Shown here: positions 1-13,744 of the stretch, piece after piece
Layout: every line of letters begins with the position of its first letter
Position numbering within the stretch: position 1 is the stretch's first letter
Assembly: GCF_024521635.1 (NCBI RefSeq)
Contig: NW_026250409.1
Coordinates: 186,001-250,000, forward strand
Direction of reading: 5' to 3'
Length of the DNA: 64,000 nucleotides
Origin: Tricharina praecox
Taxonomy: Eukaryota
The notes under the pieces: generated by a model
What the model was told of the DNA's origin: nothing
The model's input: the letters and a program-made list of their open reading frames with translations, nothing else
The model's database searches: none
Made by a program: the position numbers and the translations under genes

Positions 1-30
1 TTAGGTAGGTGGAGTGGTCAAGTGGGTGGT

Positions 31-85
31 CAGGTGCAAACTCAAGTCAAGTCAGGTGCAAACTCAAGTCAAGTCAGGTACAAAC
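31..85. repeat. 22-bp tandem repeat (CAGGTGCAAACTCAAGTCAAGT) x2.5
   Basis: Two exact copies at 31-52 and 53-74 plus a partial third; further CAAGT runs continue to about 130. Confidence 0.85.
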
Positions 86-1728
86 GGACAAACCAAAAAA
101 ACAGGAGTCAAGTCAAGTCAAGTTAAGTCAAAGAAATATCATACATCGTCCTCGAAATCGTCCTCGAACTCGAAATTGATCGAACGTTAATTTCAAAACG
201 CACTAGAAAAAATAATGATAATCGAGAGAGACGCATGCCCCGCACCGCCTCGGAAGAATCCACGCCGAGACCAGGCTGGTCCAATCGGCGTGCTGGCTGT
301 CCGGCGTGTTCTGCGGGGAGTTTCGGGCTCGGTTCTCGAATCAATGTATGTACATACCGTACCATATCTTCCGGAGAAACCATCCCGCAGTACATGTCGT
401 ACATGCCGTAGGTATATATTCATAGCAGCCCTCGAACCACACTTCCTCGGCAATCCTGTATTCCTCGAATCAATCCGAGCTTAGTTACCGTGGACGTCAA
501 TGTCGAGGTGCGGTGTCTCTTTGCATGCTTGCTTTCACGGCGACAGTCCCCAGGCCGGGAAAGGAAAAACTCTGACCTTCCTCTGTGCCTTTCCTTTCCT
601 CCTCTCTTTCTTTGATCGGCTTTGATAGTAAAATATAATAAAAGATAAATCCGTGATCATGAGCCTACCTATCTTCATATGTACACAGCTGCGTCTTTTT
701 TCCGTCCGCCCTTCAGATGTCAGATGTCAGGCGCCGTATACCTAGTAGAGCATATAGTACGGAGCGGTATGTGCGGAGCACCTGAGCTTTTTCCGTCTCC
801 TTCGGAATGCTTTGGCAATTTCGGGTCCGAATACCCCACATGGAACAGGGAAGATTTCCTACTCCTCTCGAGTAGTCCTCGAGTCCTCGAGTCCTCGGGT
901 CCGAGTAGACGGTGGAGTACATAGAGTACATACTCCGGAATACCTAGGATGCCTAACTGCCGGTACTTGCAAGTTGTTTGGTTGAAGACTTGAAGCTCGT
1001 CCTTCATTCATTCACCATCCAATGTCCATTCCTTCGGCGTTCGGCGTGGCGTGCGTGGGAAAATCGATAGGTAGATATATCACAGACTGTTTCCCTAGGT
1101 ACTCTACTTTGGAGTAGGTAGGCTCCGGTGAATTCGTGAATTCCCACAACCTGCCACCTATCCGAGAGAAACCCTGTGGTCCCTCCATTTCAATGGCGTA
1201 CCTATGCAGATGCGGATGCGGGTGTGGATGCAGACCGGCCGTGATGTGATGTCGCTCCAGTCCAGTAACCAGTCACCTGCCCAGCGGTTATAGATATGAT
1301 AATAAGCATAGTAAGGTACTGGTGATCACTCCGGTATGTACTCTATTTAGTAGTACAATGGATCAAATAAGATCACACACGGCTACCATATACTACTATA
1401 TACCGTATGCAACTATTGGTATTCTCACACCGAGCTGCGCAGCATCCTAAATCCTCACGGTGTTCCCCGGGGCAGGCACACAGGCTGGAAATTCCATCAA
1501 GCTCAAGCTTAAGCTCGATCAATCATCAGGCACCTCAGATCCCATAGAAAGTTTCCCCCCCAGAAAGAATGGCATTCTTAGCCAGCGCCCTTACCTTACC
1601 TTACTGAGTGACTGCACAGTGTGATCCGCCCAATTGCATTTGCAACTAACTACTACAGCAAACCCAACACAAGCCGACCAGGCTCCCAGCTGGAAACCCA
1701 GCTGAAAAAACGGTAAACGGTAAACCCA

Positions 1729-1758
1729 ATCTCAATCTCAATCTCAATCTCAATCTCA
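1729..1758. repeat. (ATCTCA)5 microsatellite
   Basis: Directly visible. Confidence 0.9.
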
Positions 1759-2222
1759 AAACTCGATCCGCCAATCTCTCTCGGATCGCCGGAAACCCTG
1801 ACTGGGCTGGCTGGGATGGTTAAGTATTCCCCCATCTGAGTCTGAATCTGAATCACCGTCCTTGTCCTGTCCTGCCCACGATCTGGATCTGGATCTGGTC
1901 TGTGCGCCCCCCAAAAACGAAACGAAATATCTGCGTGGTGCGGCGTAAAACGACGGCGTGGAACGGTTGTTGTTGTGTGCATCGTGACATGGTAACATAT
2001 GGTAGTGTGTATGTAAGGAATACAGTACGTATAGTACCAGTAAATATGTGCATATGTATCCAGAGCAAGTAGAGTGATGGAGTGGAGTACAGTGGAGTGG
2101 AGTGGAGTACCTGTGTACATTATACATTGTACATTGTACACATACATTGTACCACCGGAACACGATTCACGATTCACGAGTGTGCAAAGTTCAAATTCAA
2201 TCCCGCCGGTTGACTGCATGCA

Positions 2223-2246
2223 GGGGGGGGGGGGGGGGGGGGGGGG
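2223..2246. repeat. poly-G tract (24 nt)
   Basis: Directly visible. Confidence 0.9.
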
Positions 2247-2976
2247 CAGGTACGGGTACGGGTACGGTATGTACATGTCCAACGTACCTAAGCATGTAGT
2301 TACATAGAGCACATAGAGGCAGACGAAGTCGTCCAACCGTTGCTGCGCAATTGCGTAACTGTGTATCGACCGGGGCGGTGGGCGGTATATCATACATGTT
2401 CTCACGTACATACACACATTAGGTACATACATTATGCAAGCAAGTACAAAGTACTTATCTGCGGCCTGCGGCCTGCGGGCAAAAAAAAGCAAAACAGCAA
2501 AACAGCAAGAGCAAAAGCAAAAACAGCTGTGGCAGCAAACGCCTTTTCTCGGTGATTTCCGTGATTCCACTGCGAGGGAACGCTGCGAGGGAAAAATTCC
2601 TTACAGTTTTGCAGGTGATCCAGGCCAATGTCCGGTACTACTATCTAAGGTAGGTAATTCAGATTTCTATGATATGTACTTGCTTACTTACTGATGGGCC
2701 TGCTCATGCACTTACCATGTATTACTAACCTCCCCGCCTCCGGCCCGGTAGGTAGACTCCATAAAGTATCAGTATCAGAGTATCAGTATCGGAATACCGG
2801 TATCGGACTACCGGTATCGGAGTATCGGAGTATCTGCATATCGAGATTCCACCTGACATAGCATGGCATGGCATAGCATGGCATGCAGGGTGCGGGGTGG
2901 CTTCGTTCATTCGTTGTCTGTTGTCCGTCCGGACGTCCGTTCAAACGAAACCAATTCCCGCAGAAACATAGCCAGC

Positions 2977-3043
2977 GGCTGGCTGGCTGGCTGGCTGGGC
3001 TGGCTGGGCTGGCTGGGCTGGCTGGGCTGGCTGGGTTGGGCTG
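2977..3043. repeat. (GGCT)n / (GGCTGGGCT)n microsatellite
   Basis: Directly visible. Confidence 0.85.
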
Positions 3044-3949
3044 GGGTGGGGTGTGCGAGACACGTGGTACGGGCGCGTAGAGTCCTGGTGGGCTGGTGGG
3101 CTGGTGGGCTGGTGGGCAGGTACGGAGGAAGGTATATATCTCCTTCCGCAGCGAGTGGACGACGGTTGTTGCGTGATTAGTCGCTGTGGAATAACGGTGA
3201 GATGTGGGAAGTGAGCTGGCATTCCCGGCGGAGGCGCCGCAATTGGTCCAACGCCCACAAAAAGCGAGTGACTACCGATGCGATGCGAAGTATGCACGAG
3301 TACGTACGTACGTGTTCTACCCACCCAACTGCTACTTCCACGCACTCGTGCGTGCGTGCTCGGAAGGCTGGGTTCCCGCTATGTAGGTACAATACATCAT
3401 ACATACTGACATACATACTCTAGAAGCCCGCAGTGCGACACTGCGACTCTAACCCCCGGGTACTGACCACGGTATGTACGGTATGTATGGTACGGTACGC
3501 TACCACTCCTGCATGGAACGAGTCTGCTGGATGGTGGTTGCTGGTTGCTGGTTGCTGGTGTGTGTGCGTATGTGTGTGTGCGTGGTGCACCACGTCGACA
3601 GCCGGTGCAGAGGGATTGGACCGTCTGGCGAGGTCGAAGCTTAAGTGCACTCGCACTCTGGCGTGGTGTTGTTCCGTGTGTGGGTGCGTTCGAAAGGAAC
3701 TGGTGGGGGTATGTAGAGTATCGACGTTTGCACGATGAGATGGAATGGATTGGAATCGTGTTCCCGTGGCAGGTGTCAGGTGTTCCGTGTGAGAACTCGT
3801 GATTACGGTTCTTCTACTCTACATGCTGCCGCTATGTACAGTACAATCCATACGGTACAAGCAATGCATCGCATCTATTGAGAAAGCAACGCTTCACATC
3901 TATTAAAGTAACGCAAAACACAAAGGTATCATGTATCTCTTATCCCCCC

Positions 3950-5767
3950 TCAAACGCCCACCAACCTCCCCACCTCCGCAAAGAGCCTCGCATTCTCACC
4001 CTTTGCCGCCTTTCTCCTCGTGTCTAACACTTCGCCCGCGCCGAGTGCGGCAGCGAGATCCTTCGTCCCCTCCATCGGTGCACAATACAGCAGCATCGCG
4101 AGACTCAATGCCAGCAACCTACCCTCACTCTCATCGGCCCCCTTCAACCCCTCGATGGCCGCCGCCGCCAGCTCGACCAGCTCCTCTTCGCTCAGAACTT
4201 CCTCGCTGCGGGTGGACCGAGCTTGTTGCACGTGCGAGGCGAGGAGGAATGCCAGGTTGCCAGCGGCGACTCGGAGGGTTGCGTGGGCGGGCTCGAGGAG
4301 GAACGAGGTGATCACTGAGATCAACAGGGTTGAGAGCGGCGGGGTGGTGAGGTGTCGCAGAAACAGGGGGGACGTGAAGAGATTGCACAGCGACTGCGTA
4401 GTGACGAGCTTGAGACTGTATGGGGCGTCGTCGTGTGTCGTGACGTAGTCGAGGAGGGTCTTGATTGTGGCGTGGCCCTTTTCCTCTGCGAACCAGCCCG
4501 ATACCCGCGGGTCCACGAGCGAGGCTCGGAGTAGATCCACGAGTGGGAACAGCGTGTCCTCGGGGAGCGTGGCGATTGAATTCTGGAGGAACACCGACCA
4601 CCGTGGCTCGTCGGGGATTGGCGCGTTGACGGCTCCTTCGGAGGCCCGATGCCGCAGGAAATCAATCAGTGAACTCACTGCCGGGTCCGCGGCGATGGGC
4701 CCGAGCTTGCTGGCTACTTTTTCGAGCGGTGGGAGCTTGCTGAAGACTACGCGGTTGCGGATGGAGGTGTTGGCGAGTGAGAGGGTGGTTGGGATGCTGA
4801 GTTGTGTGTGCGGGTGCGCTGGGTATGTCAGTCAGCTGTGCGGGATAGGTGGGGGAGAGGCATGTATCGGCCGTACCTGGATAAGTCACTGCCATGAGCA
4901 TCTCCACGTTCCTCTTCAAATCCGCCGGCGAAGCACCTTTCCAGAGATCCAGCTGTTCACCTTTGGACCAGGTGATAAACGTCGGTGTAGCAGAGATCCC
5001 ATACTTACTCCCGAGCTGTCCGGCAACACCTATATCGACCTTAACGAACACGCCCTTCTCCCCCGCCTCCGCTGCTAACTGCTCAAAATGCGGGTAGACG
5101 ACTGTACACGGCGGACATCTGGAGGATGTAAAGAACGCAACCACACAGGGCGCACTATTCAGAATCTCATCGAACTCAGTGATGCTCGTAACAGTCTTCA
5201 CTCTACTCGGCGCCTGCATCCTCTGCGGCTGCGGCTCCGGTGGTGGAGCAGCCTGCGTGATCGGCCTCAACTGGCTCTCCAACACGGGTCTCATCATCTG
5301 CCCAAACGGCGTATTCAGCACCTCCTGCGGCAGATTCTTGATCTTCTCCGGGATCTCGACTCCACACAGGAACATGGTCAAGTCCGCCGTGAAGTTGTTG
5401 CAGTTGTGCAGGAACAGATCGTAAGATTCCGGCGTGTACTCCTGTTTCATGCTGTCCAGATACTCGAGAACAACCTCTTGCGGGAGCGAGGTCGTGCCGA
5501 GCGGGATGATCTCCATCGGTGCCCCGTGGTGCGTGCGCTCCGGCAAGCTGGATTGGATTCCAGCGCCATAGTAATATTCCCGCCCGAAGACTACGATCGA
5601 CGTGTGGTAGACAGCGTCGATTTGGATCCCGAGGAATTGCATGGACATTTGCCGAGCGAGACCTGCGGATGTTAGTACGAGTACCTATACCTGTACGAAG
5701 GGTGGCGTGCGGCCCACTCACCTTGGGAAAGATCGTAGACATAGAGCTCGACTTTGTGCTCCGTCAT
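3950..5767 (-). CDS. PPPDE (DeSI-like) peptidase - thioredoxin-like - PUL domain protein, 3 exons
   Basis: Spliced N-terminus MTEHKVELYVYDLSQG-LARQMS...; PPPDE motifs YHTSIVVFGREYYYG and YDLFLHNCNNF; thioredoxin-like CPPC; C-terminal PUL-like helical region (LFPLVDLLRASLVDPRVSGWFAEE). Introns at about 5663-5721 and 4819-4876. Confidence 0.9.
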
Positions 5768-6143
5768 AGCTGCAGTGTGATCGAGGCAACTAGGTATTCT
5801 TCAACAGTTTTGCGATCGCACCGAGACTAGATGTAGGTAATGGATTCGGTGATGGATTTAATGTCGAAGCTGTCTGTGGAGCTCTCTCCGTGCGTGCGAG
5901 TGTGCCGGCGTAGAGTATTTAAGTATTTACTCTGCCGGCATGTATGAGTATGACGCAGGTACCGATATCATCGAACATTCCAGACACCTCCCTCCCGGTA
6001 ACGACAAGCTCCGTAATCTACGCGCGCAGACGCGCCGCCGGCGCCGGCGGTGTGGCGTCGTCGTCGGCCAACACGCTTCCATCCCATCCCAAAAATCCTC
6101 TCCCCGCCACTCACGACCGTCGATAGCAAAGCAACCACGAAAC

Positions 6144-6884
6144 ATGTCGCTCCCACCACCACCTACAGGAAAGAAACCGGCGTTCACCGCCCCGCCTTCA
6201 CAGAGCGATTGTCAGTCCCGCTCCCCTCCCCTCCCGTCCCACCTGCTAACGCAACCCACAACAGTGCTCTCCCGCCTAACAACCTTTCTCCCGCAACTGT
6301 CGGCAGCAAACGCAACACTCGACGAGGAGATCCGCGCGCACGGCGCGGACTCGCGGAATATCGAGCATGTCGCCGACGACGAGGAGCGCTATATCGAGAT
6401 GGTACCTTCCCTTTCTCTTTCCTCTCTTTTCTCTGAGAGCGTGGATGTGGGTGGGGGTGAACGGGGCTGATCAGGGTGCTGGTGTGCGCAGAATTTGGGA
6501 CTGGGAGTACTCGAGGAGGTTCGAGACGGTGATTCTGACTCCGACTCCGAGATGGGGGAGGGGGAGGAACAGGACAGACAGGAAAAACAGGATCCAATCG
6601 CGAAGGCGCTCAACCCCCAGCGCTCGAAGCCGGGAATCCAGCTTGTCGATGAGGAACCGCATGGGACGAAGCGAAGGGCTACGGAGGATCTAGAGTCGTC
6701 TTCTGATGAGGATAGTGAGGATGATGAGGACGAGGAAGAGGAGGAGGAGGATGCTGTTGAGGAGATCAAGACAATAGTAGCCGGGAGTACGCGGCACGGG
6801 AAAGGGCCGCGGGAAGGCAAGCAGCCGTTGATTGAAGAGGTCATGGAGAATAAACATACGCCTACGCCTGAGACGCGGGGGTGA
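6144..6884 (+). CDS. DUF4598 / NOPCHAP1 (C12orf45)-like acidic protein, 3 exons
   Basis: LSRLTTFLPQLSAANATL...NIEHV..DEERYIEM|NLGLGVLEE resembles the family signature. Introns 6211-6264 and about 6402-6492; acidic tail. Confidence 0.75.
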
Positions 6885-7114
6885 CGATGATATGCACGAT
6901 CCGATGGGGGTACGGAAAGATGTATCATTAAAATGCCATGAGGATGTTAAACAGTATTTACATAACCCTCACGAACTCCCTCCGATAGCTACCACTTCTA
7001 ATGGGTATGCCACCGAACAAACAAGCGAAAAAAAAATAGCAACCATTGCTTCGCAATGGAAACACACATAAACAAACCGTCTACCTATACGTGACAAAAA
7101 CCCAGGCGCAGCAC

Positions 7115-8959
7115 TTACGCAACCTGCTTAAGCTTACACTGCCAACCACCAGTGCCCTTATCCAGCATGGGCAAACTGGCGCCCAAGCACCATCCCAACT
7201 CATTGCCCTTGATCGTCTTTGCGGTTTTGACCTCGCGGTCCAGCGGCATCTCGTAGCCGGTGTGCAGAAGCGCAATCATGAAGCTCAGATCTAAGCAGCC
7301 CTCAGGTCTATCCCTGAGGTCCTCGAGGGCACCCTTGAAGGACGAGAACACATCCCACTTCGACTCGCCGGAGCACACACGCGCGGTGGTCTCCACCATT
7401 TCGCGCAGCGTGAAGCTCTCGGGCATTCCGAGTATACGGAGGCGGTCGTAGAAGTACGAGAAGATGTACACGTCCTCCTTGGCGAAAGTGCGCTCCAGCG
7501 AAGGCTGGTGAACTCCGTTGAACGAGCAGGGTGTCAATTTGCAGTCCACACCCTTGTTCAGGATCTGTTCGGCGAGAGCCCGGCACTGGGCGGCGGATGG
7601 CTCTGCAGGGCCAGTCATGTTGAGCTTGACCAGTGTTCCGTCCATGTCCACCTCGATCAAACGAGACATGCCAACGTTGATGCACGGGTTGACAAGGGGC
7701 TGTGAGTCCCAACCGGCACCGATCTCCTCCTGCTTCGTCTTCGCGAGGACCTTGTGGATCGCTTTACGCGCCTCCATGAGACCGAGACCCAGGTGCGAGT
7801 GCTGGTAGAGTTCGAAGTTGCGGCCGCCAAAGTTGAGCTGGTACTTGTGGTCGCCCTCGGCAAGCTTCTCGGGCATGCCGCCGCCAACGGAAGGGAAGGT
7901 GGGCTGGAATACGATCTGAGTCGAGCCTCCGCCGAGATCGAAGATGGCTGCTGTGGGAATCTTCTCGACTGTGCCGATCTTGCCGAGGAGGTAGTTGGTC
8001 GTGATCCATGCGTAGACACCTGCCCATCCATTGTCAACAAATACCGTTGGGATATCCTCTCTCTCCGGGGGGAGGGGAGATGAGGTGAAATGCGCAAACT
8101 GCACCCACCTTCGTCGCTTCCATCCATGATTTCAACGCCACCCTTCTCAATGATCGGGAACGGGTACTTCGTGTCCAACCGGTGTCTGACTGCATCCAAG
8201 ATGTTCTTACTAAGTTGATCTCCAAGCAGTCTAAGTCCGGCGGTGGCCTTGACAGCGATAGGCGTGCACGACTTCAGCTTCTCAGGCACGGACTTCATCG
8301 CAACCTCCAGCAGCTCATCGAGACTCTTTGCGGCGCCTTCGGCATCCTCCTTGAACGAGGAGAGTCCCGGCTTCGTCATCTTGAAATCCTCATGCTCGAG
8401 CTCGGGGGTGTCGCCGCAGTTGTTGAAACGGTACACGTGGATACGGGAACCGGTAGACCCAGCGTCCACCATCAACGCGTACTGCACGATCGGCTTGTAC
8501 TTCGAGCTCGACTTCAGACATTTCGTGGTTCCCAGCGAAGGATCGGAGGCTGTCTGGCCATTGCCATTGCCCATTGGCCGGTGGTCTTGCGTGGAACGTT
8601 AGCAACAATCCCCCTACATCCGCGCCCTCAAAAGTAAAAAAAAAGGAGAGATCGAGAGCAAAGAGAAGAAGCAGTTACACACCTTGAAGGTAATTCTCGG
8701 TTTTCGTGATACTATCCTTGGGGCCTAGGAAGAACAGGGCCACGCAAAACAGCACCACTACGACCACGGTCTTCACCCATCGATTCGACATGGTTTTCGC
8801 GTTTGCGTCCGTGGCGTCGCTATCGAATCGCTCTGGCTTCTCGTGCGGGTCGTCGGGGCGGTACTGTGACGAGATGCTCGATGATCGGTCCGGTCGTGTC
8901 GGTGCTTTTGTAAAGGAAAGATAGCTCCACAGCGCAGGCCTCTGGCGGATACTAGTCAT
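7115..8959 (-). CDS. GDA1: Golgi guanosine diphosphatase (GDA1/CD39 family), 3 exons
   Basis: Apyrase conserved regions DAGSTGSR, ATAGLR, DGSDEG-VYAWITTNYLLG, DLGGGSTQ and GWCLGA; single N-terminal TM segment (VVVVVLFCVALFFL). Confidence 0.93.
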
Positions 8960-9775
8960 GGAGTGGGAGGATGAGGCAAGCCGGACCGACCGGAGTGTGC
9001 TCGGGGTATAGTGTAATAGCCAAAGTGTTTCCGGTAGAGAAAGCTACGGCGACGGCGGTGATGTTGGGGATAACGGGAGGAATGCGCGAGAAGAAGAGGA
9101 AGAAAGGGGAACTTCAGTTGCCCAGGGACAGATATGCCCTCCAAATCTCACACTGGTACAGGTGTAACTCCTTTCCCAAAGTTCCCACCGTCCACCATAC
9201 ACGAAGACCAGTTCCTTTCTGCATATCGATCCCTGCCCGGTGGCTCTCCCCCTGTCCACATTAGGATTTTTTACGAGATGGTCCAGCCATTGGGTCTAGC
9301 CGTCTCAGACTTCCTTTTACATACGCCCACACGTGAAGAGAGAGAGAGAGATACATAATCTAAAGCTCCGGAAGCTTTCAATCGAATTCTATTTCTCCAC
9401 GTATACTTTACATCAATGTTCCGCCACATTCGCGAACCTTCGCGACTTACGGTCACCAGGCGGACCGAGCTCGGTGACCGAGCGGCGTATCGATAACCGA
9501 ATGTCCCACAGATCTTAACTTCGAGGGCGTACTCTAATCCTCAAGCGAATGTGCTGTGCCGCGAGAGCACAAAGGCACGATTTCTAGGCTTGTGGTGATA
9601 TTCATGAACGAGGTGGAATGGCGGCTTCTTGGATGTAGAGTACATATAAAATCGCAGATTCATGATATAAACAGAAAACATTACAAACATCATCATTCAT
9701 GGCATCGAACAGATCATAACGAAAAGGAAAACTCCGGCATCATGCAAATTACTGCGTCTCTCCACCTGGCACCGC

Positions 9776-12700
9776 CTATACCATAATCTCCTCCCTCTTC
9801 CTCTTGGCACAAACACCGCATCCGCGTCTAACCTTCTCGCTAACCAGCGCGGCCCGTGTAACTTTCGCGCCCACGCTACGGCCATAGCCTTGCACCACTT
9901 CCTGCTCCTCCTCGTCGTCCTCGTCGTCCTCGTCGTTGCCGGCGGTCAGCGGGCGGGTAATGCATCGCAGGTGGAAAGCATGCCCGCATGCGAAGGCGAC
10001 AAGTGTTTTTTGCGCTCCTATATCTGCCCATCAGCTACTATCCATGTGAAGCCTGGGAATTCAAGGAATACATACCACTCCCAAATCGCCGCTTACACAC
10101 CCCACAAACCTCACTGTCACCAGCCTGCTCATCCTCGAGGGCAGCGGTACCTCCAACCTGAAACTTAACGCCGCGTCGCTGTCCATGGCGTAGCATATCC
10201 ATACCCCTCGCGACCTCACTGGTAAGTGCCTTCGCGACGCCATCGCAGATGCTCCACTGGACTCCATACTCCTTCAGAATCTTCCCCAGCGCTTCCTTGA
10301 GACCCTCGATTTCCAGTCCCGCGGGAATACGGCGGACAAGTGTGATGGGATCAATCGCTGTGCCCACGTTCTCCAGGAGCCCACGAATGAACGCCGGCTT
10401 ATCCATGGAGTAGTCCAGGAGGTCGTTCCACAGGTCTGGATCGTCCTGCTGCTTGGCGAAGGCGATTGCCTGTGCTACGTCTGCGAGCTTGTCGATGATG
10501 AGGAACAGGGCGCGCTTGGTTTGGCCGGTCTTGCTGAGAAGGTGAACTAGTTCGGGGATATAGTTGCGGCGCTCACATACGGAGGAGGCCTTCTCCAGGG
10601 AGTAGTTGTGTGAGTCTTTGAGGAAGTCCATGAGGAGGGGTCTGTCATACTCGGCGAATAGCTCCACCATCAAGTCTTCGAACTCGGCCAGAAACCCTCC
10701 GGAAGCGGAGAGGATCTGGTTCTCAGTTTGCTGGCTTCTCCAGAGCCGGGACAGGTAAAAGTACAGGAAAAGTCTACCCGTGGGGACATTGTCGGACTCG
10801 AGCTGCTTGACGACGACATGCGGCGAGAGGATGCCGCGATCAGCTTCGTGGATGAGCAGAGTGATTGCTTCTCTAGTTGCCATCTCAAGCTCTGGAATGG
10901 TGGCGGTTTTGAGCTGTAGATCCGAAACGCGGAGAAGAATGAGCGAGGCGATATCATCCCGTATCGTGTCCACGAGTCTGAATTCGCGGATGAGACGGAA
11001 TGCTTCGTCGGCATCTTTCAAGGTCATATATCGTTTCAGGGCGTTCCTAGGCTCCTGCAACACCATATACAGCTTTGCTAGACACTCCTGTAGAAGCTTC
11101 CAGTCCGTATCTCCCGTGTGTATCTCGTCTTCACGGTTGTTTATCTTGAGTATTATCGTGTCGGCCAGTGTACGAGAATCATAAAGAGTCCGCGTTCCTT
11201 CCGGCTTCCAGGTCTCCAGGAGGAGCTCGCGGAACTTCTTCCGATCATGGTTGAGATAATGCGCCAGGACAATCTCATAGATGACACTGGGAAGCGGTGG
11301 CGATAGTTGTGTGGTGGGGATGTACGCCGTAATTTCCTTGATCCTCCCCGAAGCCTCGAAAACCCAGACCCAATAATCCCACCTCGAAGACGTTCCCAGA
11401 ACTTTACCGCAGACCTCTCCGGCCTTCTGCCATTCGCCGTTGTCAATCAGATCACGCAGCCAAAGCTCACCAATCCTGCGCTTCTCCTTCTCGGCGGTTG
11501 AGTATCTTCTGGCAGTTTGTTGTTGCTGCCGCGTATCCGCAGTGGAGTCAGAATCGTACTCCTCATCAAGGCGCACAACCTTCCGCTCCTCCTCATCGTA
11601 CATAGTCAACGAGGCGGTATCCGGATCCACCACATCAGGATGACGATCAATCAGATGCCAGGCCTCGGCGTACTTCTTACGATCCAGCATCCAGGTAAGA
11701 TGATCGCTCGGGCTTCGTTCGGTAGCGAAGACGACATCATACGGACTGGTGATATATATCTTTGTCCCCTTCTCATCCTCACCCCACTTGATCTCCTTAT
11801 CGGGCTTTCCTTTGTTTGCACGCAGCGTACCTAGTGTTCCTGTCTGACTGCCGGTGGTAACGCTATTTCTTCGCGAACCGCTACCGAAACTCCTGATGCT
11901 CTGCGTGCCCGAAAACAGATGCGCGGGGGCAATAGCAGCAGCCCAAAGTCCAGCACCGAGACCAGTCGTACCTTCAGTATCGGCGGGAGGCGGTTGCACT
12001 GCTGTCGGTGTTGCGGGAAGCACTCCCAAGTGGTAGTCACCCACCGCCAGACTTTCAAACCGACTCATCATCAGCTCGTCCGCACTGACTTCTTCCGACG
12101 TACTGAGGTCGATGAATCGCAATTCCGGTATCAGAGCATTAGTCCGACCACGACGGAATTTTGGCGATGCCACAGGACTGCGCGGAGATCCCGGAGTACT
12201 TGGTGCCGGAGAAGGTAATGGTGAAGTTTCCGCCCCATCTTCCGACGTATTGCTGGGCCCGGAAAGGTATGCAAGGAGCAGCAATAACGACGGGGTGTAC
12301 ATCTGAATACCGGAGATGATACAGTCGGTTTGGAGCATGTGTGTTATCTCAGCCCAGCCGTTGCATTTATCCTCTCCGGCACGGTCGGTCCCCGGATAGA
12401 CATCGATCACCCATACGGTTCCGCCCCAGCCTACAAGTAGCTTCTCTTTGTCGCCCCAGTCAACGTCTTCGACGTTCAGAGTAGTGCCCGTAGCTGCCTC
12501 CCGCGGTTCGCTAGTGAGCAGTGCCCGTCTGTCAATCCACTCCAGCCTCGGTTTATGCAGCGTAGCCAGCTCGTCCGGAATCCCCTCGGGCCTTTCGATT
12601 GCAGAGATACGTTTCCAGGCGACCTCATGCGCCGGTTGCCCACCACTAGTACCAAGCCCCGGTATCCACCCGGTGATCCCTGGGTTTCCCGCCAACTCCT

Positions 12701-13744
12701 CCTGCGCCGACTTCTGCAATGTCGGGGGGACAATATGAGACCTCATGATCTTGATGCCCTGCTCATTAGCCCACGCTACATACCGCGGCGACTCCTTTGA
12801 CCAAGCGATCGCCGAGATTGCACCCTCGCCGGAGTGCAGGATAGTGTCTTTAGCACTTCCCAGTCCCAGCGACGGAATCCATCCGCCGCCCGTCCCCGCG
12901 CCCGCAGGCGCAACAGACAAGATGAGGTTTCCTGCGAGCCCACCAGACAGGAACGTGCGATCCACGCGAAAGTTGGGCGACAACACCACAGCCAACACCG
13001 GCCGTTTGAAGTTCTTCAGCGTGATCTCCGATTTCGCGTACGGTACCGTCGAGAGGGATTGTCCCGGCCCCGGGGGTGTCGAGGGGAGCAGCGGTACGGC
13101 GCATACCAGGCCGTCGATTGACGAGCTGGCGATACTGATGTGGCGGTCGTGGTACGCTTCCTTATGCCGTCTCGTCGGAATTGCTACTGGCGGCGGCGGC
13201 GGAGGGGAGATGGAGATGGACGTGACTGAGGCCGAGTGCGCATGGTACGTTCGCAGCGGTGCCAGAGACGGCAGTCCGAGTATATGCTACAGAACAATGC
13301 GTCAGCTCAGATCCGAGGCCGAGCTCGTGGGGGTGGTAGAAACCGACGATGTTCCCGTTGTGCGTGCCAATCACCTATGGGATCCCGCTAGACGCATCAG
13401 CTTCCAATCCAATCCAATCGTCCTCCCGCCCTCTCTCTCCGCATGCAGATAGACAATGAAAAATAGAACCGGACCATGCGATCCCCAAACACCACACTGG
13501 TGGAAACAGCGTCTCCATTACGATAAACACCACCGAGTGATTTCGTGAGTCGCGTGTATTTTAAGCGTGGTTCCTCGTCGTCCTCTTCCTCCTCCTCCTC
13601 CTCCTCCTCCTCCTCCTCCTCCTCCTCCTCTTCTTGATCTTCTCGTTCTTCTTCCGCTTGTTGCTCGGCCTCTTCCAGTTCGCTGTCAGACTTGGTATCG
13701 CGCAGCGTATCTTGGTCGTCGTCGTCGAGATGAGAGGATTGCAT
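9776..13744 (-). CDS. VPS41: HOPS complex subunit Vps41
   Basis: Acidic N-terminus then EEPRLKYTRLT; WD-like region (IGTHNGNI, FKRPVLAVVLSP, FLSGGLAG); clathrin-repeat region (FAEYDRPLLMDFL, AIAFAKQQDDPDLWNDLLDYS); C-terminal RING-H2-like CGVC...CGHAFHLRC...CGVC in the last exons. Confidence 0.93.

Noticed and set aside
1..30. TTAGGT at the window start suggesting a telomere
   Set aside because: No tandem TTAGGG array.
1653..2570. 305-aa minus-strand ORF
   Set aside because: Built from microsatellites and a poly-G tract, with Cys/Tyr-rich non-protein-like composition and no domain.
12998..13290. VPS41 ORF appears to start late, raising a possible premature stop or A-to-I editing site
   Set aside because: Manual translation shows the exon is open from its splice acceptor; it only lacks an internal start codon.
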